DNA of 32,000 nucleotides from Mycoplasma mobile 163K (GTDB lineage Bacteria; Bacillota_I; Bacilli_A; Mycoplasmatales; Metamycoplasmataceae): NCBI RefSeq assembly GCF_000008365.1, contig NC_006908.1, positions 420,001 to 452,000 of the forward strand, read 5' to 3'. Shown piece by piece: positions 10,901 to 19,866 of this stretch (position 1 is its first letter; each line of letters starts with the position of its first letter). The notes under the pieces were generated by a model. It saw only the letters and a program-made list of their open reading frames with translations, ran no database searches and was not told where the DNA came from. The position numbers and the translations under genes were made by a program.

Positions 10901-11337
10901 TTATTTTAGTTTAAATCCACTTAATGGAATATCTACTGATCTTCTGAAAGTTCTTGTGAAAAATGAAAATGAAACTTTTCATGATCCTTCAATGTAATAA
11001 TAATTTCACCATTTTTCTCACTAGGTTTTACCGCTAAAAATTTAAAACTACATCACCAACTATAGAATTTATAGGACCTGGAAGAGGAACAAATTTTTCA
11101 AGATTTTCAATTTTAATTTCTGAAGTTAAAGTTGAATTTGAATCTGCAGATAAATGAAATTTAACATTTTCTTTTACAAAATCTGTAAATCAATTTGAAG
11201 GTGTTGCAAAACCTGGAATTTCAAATGTTTTAGATAAAAAAAGACCAGAAGTTTTATGTAAAGCTGTTAAAGTAAGTGCTAAAACTCCATTTTCTTCATT
11301 TTCTTCAGTTTTTTCTCTTGAAATACTACTTAGAAAT
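10901..11337 (-). pseudogene. Decayed, 5'-truncated remnant of a lipoprotein-family paralog
   Basis: Minus-strand translation gives family-like text (...NGVLALTLTALHKTSGLFLSKTFEIPGFATPSNW...STLTSEIKIENLEKFV...) with no start codon or signal peptide. It is interrupted by TAG at 11034-11036 with a frame change, then by TAG at 10933-10935 with another frame change. It ends ...SVDIPLSGFKLK*, like the other family members. Confidence 0.65.
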
Positions 11338-11494
11338 AAATGATAAAATTAGTACTGTAAATTACAAATTTAGAAATTAGAAAATTTACTTAAACAATCT
11401 TTAAATTAAAACTATTCTTTAAAAAAGTATATAATTTATATATAAGCAAATCTTTATTTATTTTAAAATAAACATAATTAAACGAAAGGAAAAT

Positions 11495-12484
11495 ATGAAT
11501 TTTCAAAACCCATTAAATGTAGGTGAATTTAAAAAAGAATCGGAACTATGGAAAGAGAATTGAAAAGCTCTTTATAAACCTTGAATTATTTTTTTTGTTG
11601 TGCTTGCAAGTATTTTAAGTGCGGTAACAATTGGTTACATTGTTGTTTCTTTTTTAAATGTTGAAAGTATTTTAAATAATTATAGAGAATCTTTAAATGG
11701 AATGACTCCACCAATTACTAATATCGATCAAAGAGTAAATGATTTAAGGACGAGTTATTTGTTATACTTTCAATTAATTCCAATTTTATTTCTTTTATTA
11801 ATGATAGGGCTTTTAGGATTTTTTATTTACTCACTTATTACTTCAAATAAAAAACAAAGTTTAAGATTTTTAAATACAACAATTTTTACAATCATGGCTC
11901 TTTTTGGAATGTTAATTATTATTGGTTCAATTTTTTTACCAGCTGGAATGGCAATTGAAAATCCAATAGTTTTGTTTAGATTATTTTTAGGAATTTTCTC
12001 AATTATCTTTTACTTTTATCCTAGTTCAAAAATTAAACGTTTTAAAGCTAATTTTCAAAGATCGTACTTTTTACAAAAACAAAAAGATCAGCTTGAAGAA
12101 TTTAAGAAAAATGGTAATTTTACAAGCAATGCTCAAGGATTTAGTCCGATGGATATTTTTAATGGTATGTTTAGCAATGCTCAAACAAATACTTCAAGAA
12201 ATACTTCAAATACTAATCAAGCAAATGATTATAATTCTAACGAAGAATCTAAAACTTCTCAAAATAAAAATCGAGAAAAGCTTGAAGACCTTTCTACTGA
12301 ACAATTACATTTATTAGCAGAAAAACTATTCATTTCAGGACATGAAGAAATGAATAGAAATGAATTATTAAATAAAATCTTAAATTATTTAGAAATTGAT
12401 GAAGAAGCAAAAATGAAAACTGATGCAAAAATTACAAAAGAAAAAATTGATGATGATTTTAACAAAACAAAAAAACACGAATAA
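11495..12484 (+). CDS. Polytopic membrane protein with low-complexity Asn/Ser linker and C-terminal Rho_N/SAP-like helical motif
   Basis: ATG 11495 follows AAAGGAAAA. Two in-frame TGA codons (KENW, KPW) precede track ORF 11600..12484. There are about four hydrophobic segments. The C-terminus reads LSTEQLHLLAEKLFISGHEEMNRNELLNKILNYL. Confidence 0.7.
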
Positions 12485-12498
12485 ACTTCGTGTTTTTA
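12474..12498. terminator. Bidirectional terminator shared by 11495..12484(+) and engB(-)
   Basis: Stem AACACGAA / TTCGTGTT with loop TAAAC, followed by a T run. It sits between the two convergent stop codons. Confidence 0.65.
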
Positions 12499-13041
12499 AT
12501 TAAATAAATTATTTACAAGATCTTGTAAAAACTCTTTTTTAGTAATTGAGACTAAAAAATATTTTACTTTTAGTTCATCTAAAGACTTTTTAATTTGATA
12601 AGTTTGAGATTGATTTAATTTATCTCGTTTTGTTGCAACAATAATTATTTCAAAAGGAGCTTCTTTTAAAAAATCATAAAATTCTTGATCTATTGGAGTA
12701 AAACCTAATCTTGAATCAATTAACAAAAAGAGTTTTTTAATTTCTACTCTTTTTGTTAAAAATTCAAAAATCATATCTGATATTTCAGATTGAGCTTCTT
12801 TAGATAATTTAGCATAACCATACCCTGGTAAATCGACTACACTATTACCTCTTTCATCTTCAAAAAAATTAATTAATTTAGTTTTACCAGGAGTTTTACC
12901 TACTTTAACAACTCTAGTTTTAAAAAGGGCATTAATTAAAGAACTCTTACCAACATTACTTCTACCTACAAAGCAAATTTCATTTTTAGGATTTTTTAAT
13001 CATTCACTTTCTTTAGTACTACTTTTTATAAACTTTAACAT
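12496..13041 (-). CDS. engB: Ribosome biogenesis GTPase EngB/YsxC (YihA)
   Basis: ATG at 13039-13041. N-terminal part MLKFIKSSTKESEWLKNPKNEICFVGRSNVGKSSLINALF...DLPGYGYA joins track ORF 12496..12774. G1 motif GRSNVGKSS, G3 DLPG, G4 TKRDK. Confidence 0.9.
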
Positions 13042-13131
13042 TTACTTATTATAATGAATAAATGCTATTAATAAAAAAGATAAAATTACTTTCAATATAT
13101 TTCATCTAATAATCCAAATTCAAAATTTATT

Positions 13132-13341
13132 TTAAAAAGATATTTTATCAAGAATTTCATCATAAAATTCTTGATAACCTAAAAAATGATGACTTACATA
13201 TTTTTTTAAATTGTTTCCAAAAATTCTCTTTATTTTAAAAAAATCTTTCTTATCTAATATTTTACTAATATTTTGAAAATTATTTTTTTTTAAATATTTA
13301 TCACCTAAATTTTTTTTAAGTGTATTTTCAATATTTTTTTT
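13132..13341 (-). pseudogene. Met-less 69-codon open frame that continues the RloB-like gene in another frame
   Basis: The frame offset by one nt reads KKNIENTLKKNLGDKYLKKNNFQNISKILDKKDFFKIKRIFGNNLKKYVSHHFLGYQEFYDEILDKISF* with no ATG. It overlaps the end of 13316..13705. A8 tracts at 13334-13341 and 13310-13317 are candidate slip sites. Confidence 0.5.
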
Positions 13342-13705
13342 CTAAGCTCAATTCTTCAGAAATATGAAATGCCAAAAAATATTCAAATGCCAAACCTTCT
13401 GGCGGTAGCATAACAATTTTTTTTATATTTTGATTTGAATATTTTTTAAAATATTCTTTCCTATTTTTGATAGATGAAATATGTTTCTCAATTTTTGAAT
13501 TTATAAAATTATGAGTATCTGAATTTTGAATATCATTATCTGAAATAGCTAATATTAAATTTATAGAACTATCTATAGATAAATTATTTTTATAGTTTTG
13601 AAAAAAAATATTTTTATTAAAAGATTTTAATTTTTTAAAATAAAATTCTTCAGTTGAATTGTTGTTTGAATTATTTTCAAAATTTAAAACAAGTACTTTC
13701 ATCAT
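13316..13705 (-). CDS. RloB/Toprim-like small protein (AbiLii/AriB-like putative effector), apparently truncated by frameshift
   Basis: Its ATG overlaps the ATPase stop (TAATG at 13703-13707). N-terminus MMKVLVLNFENNS..STEEFYFKKL resembles the RloB ilvcEG..TE..YF motif. ILAISDNDIQ is DxD-like, and LAFEYFLAFHI resembles PCFELWLLLHF. After TGA (13328-13330) the frame hits TAA at 13316-13318. Confidence 0.55.
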
Positions 13706-14955
13706 TAATTCATTTCCTTTAAAAAATCATCAATTATTTTATCTAAAGGATGAGTTCCTATTTTTTCTTCTAAATATTCATAAGTGAAATTTTGATCTAA
13801 TGAAGAATATTTTTTTATTTTAGAATATCCTTGATGCTTTTCTAGAAAATAGATATTTTGTTTTTCATTCAAATTCAAATTTTCAAATAGTAAAGGTTGA
13901 TGTGTTGTGTATATTAAGTGAATTTTTCCAATAGAATTATTAAGATTGTTTTCAAAATATTGAATCATTAAATCTATGAATGTTTTAGTAAGTTTTAAAT
14001 GCATAAAATTTTCAATTTCATCTATTAAGAAAAAAATATTTTTATTAACAGTAATTTTGTCTTTAAGTAAATAACGACTAATAATATCGTAAAAAAATGC
14101 AGCTCATTTTTGAGTTCCTTTAGATAATTGATTTCAATTTATTAGTTCTCCTTTTGTATTTTTAAAATATCAATAAAAATCATTTTGAATTTCAAAATCA
14201 TCAATTCATGCGTCTGAAATTTTCATTCATTTCAAAAACTTCTCTTTATATTTTTTATATTGGTCTTCTATTTTTTGTGATTTAAAAAAATAGAAAATGT
14301 AATTAATTCGATTATTAAAATTACTAATATCTATTGGTCTTGATTCAGCTAAATAGGTTATTTCTAAATTTAAGATTTCATATTCCTTTTTAAAATTTGA
14401 AATTTTTTTATTTTGTTCAAAAAAAATTTTTTCAATTTCTTCTTTTGAATTTAAAATTTTTGTTTCAAAAGAAAAATAATAAAGATAAAAATTTCTTATA
14501 AAATTGTTAAAATTTAAAATTTCTTCTTTTAATATTTCATTAAAATAAAGAAAAATAGATACATTTTCATTTTGATTTGAAATTATCATTTTATAATTAT
14601 CACCATTTTGAAAAAAAATATTGAATACAAATTTTTTATTTTTATCAAAAAATAAGATATTTAAGAATTTTTCTATTTTCTTATGTATATAAAAAGGTGA
14701 ATATGAAGATATTAAATTTAATCCTAAATTATCTTTTTGTAAATAATTTAAAAATGATTGATAAGAAAAAAGATTAGAATTTAAAAATTTTTCCATATTC
14801 ATAATTTGAAAAACTAATTCTATTGTTTCAAGGATTATTGTTTTTCCAGATGAATTTTGTCCTATTATACCTATAATTCCTGTGTGATTATTTCATTCTA
14901 ATTCTAAATTATTGAAAACTTTAACATTTTCAAAACTTATTTTTTTTATTTGCAT
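13705..14955 (-). CDS. ABC-type AAA ATPase (AAA_15/AAA_21-like; AbiLi/RloA/AriA-like), 416 aa, intact
   Basis: ATG 14953-14955. Walker A GQNSSGKT, ABC signature LSKGTQK, Walker B FFLIDEIENFMH, H-loop IYTTHQP. Track fragments 14227..14802 and 13705..14004 are in frame. I translated the 14005-14226 gap codon by codon and found only TGA codons, no TAA/TAG. Confidence 0.8.
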
Positions 14956-15464
14956 AATGTAATTATATAAAAAATTGTCTTATTTTTTTATTAAATAATT
15001 TAATTTTAATTAGAAATTGATAAAATTTTATTACAAAATAAATTAATGGAATTTATAACTAAATCTATCAATATAGAAATATTATAATCAATTTTTTTAC
15101 ATTTTAACATAATATATGTGTGCATATAATAATTTGCCTTTTACTTCAATAATATTATATAAAATTCAGTATTTATTTATGTAAGAAAATCTAAAAAAAT
15201 ATTTTAAAATAAACAAAAATTATGAATATAGAAAATTCAATTTAAAATTTATGAATCTAAATCAAAATTGAAAGTAAATTTATATTAAGTTTTAGAAAAT
15301 GGTAAAACCTAAAATAAAATCATATTATTAAAATTCAAAAGTATTCAAAAAAATTAATAATATAAAAATATTTCAATTAATGATGGTAAAAAAATAAATA
15401 AATTATTTGTATTCTATAAAATAATTCATGTTTATAATGATTCTAAAAAATAAAGGATTTTAAA

Positions 15465-16904
15465 ATGAGAAACACGAAAGTATTATTTGGAATAGCAAAC
15501 ATTTCTTATCTTCTTATAACCCCTGCAACAATTGTTGCTTGTTCTTTTACTAATACAACAGATACCACAACTCCTGAAGTTATTAAACCTAATGATTCTA
15601 TTATTAGAGCTTTAGAATTTAAAACTAATTATTTAAGTCCTAATTTAAATTTAGATACTAGTAACGAAACTTCAAATTTAACAATGTTTGATGTTGGACA
15701 AGGTGATTCATATTTAATTCAATATCAAAATTCTAATTTACTAAAAACAAATAATTTTAATCAAATAGATACTAATGGCTCTTATAGCATTTTAATTGAT
15801 GCAGGTAATTTTAGACAAGAGAGCACAAACAATAAAGTACATACTTTCAATTATGCTCAAAAATTGCACCCTACTTTAAATAAAACTTTTATTAATGATA
15901 AAATTGATCTTTTTGTTATGTCGCATGCTGATGCCGATCATTTAGGAGCAATGGACCAAATTATGTCAGAATTTTCACATACTAATTCACAAGTTTTAGT
16001 ATCTTTTGATGATAATGTTACTACTGCTACTTTTAGAAATGTAATTAAAGCTATTTATACAAATGAAATTGATATCATTACAAATCGCCCTGAAGCTTTA
16101 GATCAATATTATGATTTTATCAAACTTCAAACACTTAGTACAAATATTAATACAAGTAGAAATGCAAAATTAATGCAAGATGAATTAGATATTTTATTAA
16201 ATAAAATTAAGACTAAAACTATTTTGTATCAAGAAATTAGTCCAAAAAGTGATTTAATAACTTTTAGTGATGATTCTTTTTTAAATTTTATTGCCCCTTC
16301 AAAAGATTATAGTATTAATTCATTAACAGGACAAGCTGAACTAGGTAAAGAAGCTAATGAAATTAGTTTTAATTTATTCTATAGTATTAATAATTTTAGA
16401 GCCTTATTCACAGCTGATTCATATGGAATTACAAATGATGATACTTTGAGTATTTTAAAAACCAACCCACGCTACTTGAAAAATAATTTAATCAAATTAG
16501 ATTTATTACAAATTAATCATCATGGCTCAACAACAAATCGCTCTAATGAAGCAAATTACTTACAAGAATTAATTGATTTAGATACAATTCTATGAATTTC
16601 AACAAATCAACATAAAGTTTTTGGTGGAGTCCCAACTTTAAGAGAAAGTTTTTTTACAAATTTAGGTAATAAATCAGGTTTAGAAAAAGTGTATATTAGT
16701 CAACTTTTAGGAGATGTTAGTGTTCTAATAAAAGAAAAAGGAACTTATGAAGTTATTTTAATTTCACGAGAAATACAAATTAATCAAACTTTAATACTTA
16801 ATTTGAATATTAATCAAATTATTAACACAGAAGATTCAAAAAATAAATTTATAGAATTAATAAAAAACATAACTTTTCATAAATATGTTTTATTTCCAAA
16901 ATAA
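15465..16904 (+). CDS. Lipoprotein with ComEC-type metallo-beta-lactamase (MBL) domain, putative surface nuclease/hydrolase
   Basis: SD AAAGGA. Lipobox LLITPATIVAC/SF. MBL motifs MFDVGQGDSYLIQ, VMSHADADHLGAMDQIM and LLQINHHGSTTN match the C-terminal domain of ComEC. Track ORFs 15465..16595 and 16689..16904 are in frame and joined through TGA 16593-16595. Confidence 0.75.
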
Positions 16905-16909
16905 TCTAA

Positions 16910-17803
16910 TTATTTTAATAATTCTTTTAATTTTCCATTTTCTAAATCTTTTATATTTAATATCCCATCGTAAACATTAAAAAATTCTTTTAAATTTGAT
17001 TTAGATGTAAGTCACCCTTTCCCATCTGTGATTCAAATAAATTTAAATTTGCTATGATTTTTTGTTTCATTTCAAATTGTTTTATAGCTTCTTGCTGTTT
17101 CGTTTAGTTTAGAACCTGATGAATGATAGAAATTAGTTTCAATTCCATAAATATATTTTTCTGTTTTAACAACAAAATCAAATCGTTTTTCAGCTTTAAA
17201 AGCATCTTTAATATTTGTTAAATCAATATCAAATTGATCTTTTAAATTTTTATAAGAAAATTGTTGAAAAAATGATTCATTTTCAATAAAATCTAATTTA
17301 GCTAAATGATCCCTTACTAAATCTTCCATTAATTTACCGGTTCTATTTTTTCTGGCATTAGAATCTAAACCAACTTCGACACCTCTTGCATAATCTAATA
17401 AATTTCTTATTTTCCCTTCTTTTAAAAACTTGAATAAACCTGTTTTTCTCATAAATTCTATATAATCATCAATGTCTAATTTTGCATAATTTTTTGCTTT
17501 ATGTGACATGTTTTCAAAATTAAAAATCTTTATTTTTCCATTGGTATATATTTTAAATGAATCATTTTTTCCGTTTCTTTTAGCTAAAAGTAAGGGAATT
17601 GCTTTCAAAATATTGCGATTATTTTTTAATAGAATTTCAAAATCTTCTTCAATGTTTTTTGATTTTATTAAGCTATTTAGCAAAATTAATTCTGATTCTA
17701 AAATTTTAATATTTTCATTCACTTTTTCAAAATCTACAAAATAATTTCATGTTGAAATAGATTCTTTCATAGTTTCAAGTCATTTTTCAAAGTTTTTTTT
17801 CAT
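16910..17803 (-). CDS. Type II restriction endonuclease, DpnII/MboI family (GATC)
   Basis: ATG 17801-17803 follows AAGGA. MKKNFEKWLETMKESISTWNYFVDFEKV joins track ORF 17072..17722. It continues past TGA 17072-17074 and two further TGA codons to TAA 16910-16912 (297 aa). Motif ARGVEVGLDSNARKNRTG resembles what I recall of the DpnII family. It lies directly downstream of a Dam-like methylase. Confidence 0.75.
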
Positions 17804-17836
17804 TTTTTGTCCTTTTTTTAAATTACAAATAGCAAT

Positions 17837-18922
17837 TTAATTTTTGTAATTTGTAATTAAAACTTCTTCAATTTTTCCTCTTCCAGAACTTGAAGAATTA
17901 ATACTTCTACGGGCATGAATGACTTTGATGTTATAATCTTTATAAAGTTCATTTATGAAATGAGTATTATGATTGCTTAACATTACTTTCACACCTCTTT
18001 TATCTAAATCTTTAAATGTTTCTGCCAAATGTTTCTGTTCATTTTTTCCAAAAGCATTTTTAGTATAAGTTGTAAAATTTTTTTTTTCATCCAATGTATC
18101 ATATGGAGGATCTAAATAAACAAAATCTCCAGCTTTTGCTAAAGAAATAACTTTTTTATAATCTTGATTTAAAATTTTTACTTTAGATTTTAAAAAATAT
18201 TCATTTAAATTTTTATATAAAAACTCATCATAAGCATTTACTCTTTTATATTTACCTGAAGGAACATTAAAAAAACCTTTTGAATTTACTCTATATAAAC
18301 CATTAAAACAAGACTTATTCAAATAAATCATTCTTGCTGCTTTTATGTATTTAAGTTCTTTATCAAAATTAAGTTCTTTATCTAAATTTCTAATTTTATA
18401 ATAATAATTTTCGTTGTGATTATTTTGATGTTTCAACAACTCATGGACCATTTTTTTATAATTTTTTTTACTTTGAAAACTTTTATAAGTTGAAATTAAA
18501 TCAATATTAGAGTCTGAAATAACTGCATGTAGAGGTTGAAGTTTTAAAAATAGAGCTCCTCCTCCAACAAAAGGCTCAAAATAAGTATTAAAATTTTTAG
18601 GAATTTCTTTTTCCAATACATTTAATAATTGAGTTTTCCCTCCTGCTCATTTAACAAAAGGTTTTAATGGAAAAGTAAATTTTGCTAATTTTGAATTTTC
18701 TTTAGAGTTAATTTCAAAATTTAATAGTTCATGAAGGAAAATATTTAATGCTAAACTTATTTTATGTAAAGTATCTAAAGTTGGATTTACAAGTCCATTT
18801 TCAATTCTTGATATTTGCTCTCTTACAATCCCGGTACTTTCCGAAAGTTCCTTTTGAGAAATTTGCTTACTTTTTCTTAGTTCCTTTAATCTAGTTCCAA
18901 AATTTTCCAATAAAATGTTCAT
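17837..18922 (-). CDS. N6-adenine DNA methyltransferase (Dam/DpnM-like, GATC) with N-terminal XRE-type HTH domain
   Basis: HTH: LKELRKSKQISQKELSESTGIVREQISRIENG. Track ORFs 18647..18961 and 17837..18616 are in frame and joined by TGA 18647-18649, giving LKPFVKWAGGKTQLL (compare DpnM LQPFTKWTGGKRQLL). Motif I FEPFVGGGALF, motif IV DPPY. True TAA stop at 17837-17839. Confidence 0.85.
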
Positions 18923-18931
18923 ATAAATTAC

Positions 18932-18961
18932 ATTATAACATTTGTGTGTTAAAATATACAA
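18932..18961 (-). promoter_or_regulatory. Candidate sigma-70-type promoter giving a leaderless or near-leaderless HTH-methylase mRNA
   Basis: On the minus strand: TTGTAT (18956-18961), an 18 nt spacer, TATAAT (18932-18937), then ATG 18920-18922 only 9 nt downstream. There is no SD. The track ORF start at 18961 is the TTG of the -35 box. Confidence 0.4.
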
Positions 18962-18972
18962 TTCACTTTAAA

Positions 18973-19866
18973 TTAATACCCTAATTTTTTAAGAGAAATT
19001 TTATCATTGATTCAATTTTTGCTTACTTTTACTTTGGTTTTTAAAACTATTTTTTCTTGTAAAATATCTTCAATTTTTTTTCTTGATTTCATTCCGATGG
19101 ATTTGATCATTTTACCACCTTCACCAATAACAATACCTTTTTGAGAATCTCGTGCAACATAAATAACTGCTTTAATTTCTGTTAATTGATCATCTCTAGC
19201 TTCATTATATTCTTCAATTTCAACAGCTATATTATGCGGAACTTCATGATCAAGTGATTCTAAAAGTGATTCTCTAATTAATTCCTTTGCAATAAAACGC
19301 ATTGGCTTATCTGTGTAATAATCATTTTCATATAAAGCAAAACCTTCATATGAATATGATCTTAATTCACTTAGTAATAAATTTCTTGTAGCTTCATTTT
19401 TAGTGCTATAAGCTAAAACATTTGTAAAACCTTTTTCTTTTAAAAATAAAGCCCTTTGTTCAACAATAGCATGATCTTTTGCTAAATCAATTTTTGTAAC
19501 AATTGCAATTTTGTTTTTTACATTTTCTAAATTGGAAATAATTTCTAAATCAATTTCTTCAACTTCATAGTCAATTGGACTTAAAAATAAAACTAAGTCA
19601 ATATCTTTTATAGAACTGTAACTATATTCATTCATTTTTTTACCTAATTCAGTTTTTGATTTATGAATTCCTGGAGTATCAGTAAAAACAAATTGTTCTG
19701 TATTTGCTTCATCTGAATAAATTCCTGTAATTTGATCTCTTGTAGTTTGAGGCTTATTACTAATAATTGAAACACTCTCTTTTAAAAGAGAGTTTAAAAG
19801 AGAACTTTTACCGGCATTTGGTTTTCCGATAATTGTACTAACTAAAATTCTAATTTTTTTGTTCAA
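18973..19866 (-). CDS. era: GTPase Era
   Basis: G1 GKPNAGKSS, G3 DTPG, G4 TKID, C-terminal KH domain (VARDSQKGIVIGEGGKMIKSIG). It extends past TGA 19012-19014 (...VSKNWINDKISLKKLGY*) to TAA 18973-18975. Confidence 0.92.

Noticed and set aside
12093-12317. Plus-strand 74 aa ORF in an alternative frame
   Set aside because: It is nested out of frame inside the 11495..12484 membrane protein gene, within its low-complexity region.
15000-15464. Tiny ORFs (up to 13 codons, e.g. MEFITKSINIEIL, MNLNQNWKVNLY) as possible PCAT substrates or leader peptides
   Set aside because: They have no double-glycine motif and no SD, they are 6 kb from the exporter, and they are indistinguishable from chance in AT-rich DNA.
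17508-17744. Plus-strand 78 aa ORF
   Set aside because: It is antisense to the DpnII-like endonuclease gene.
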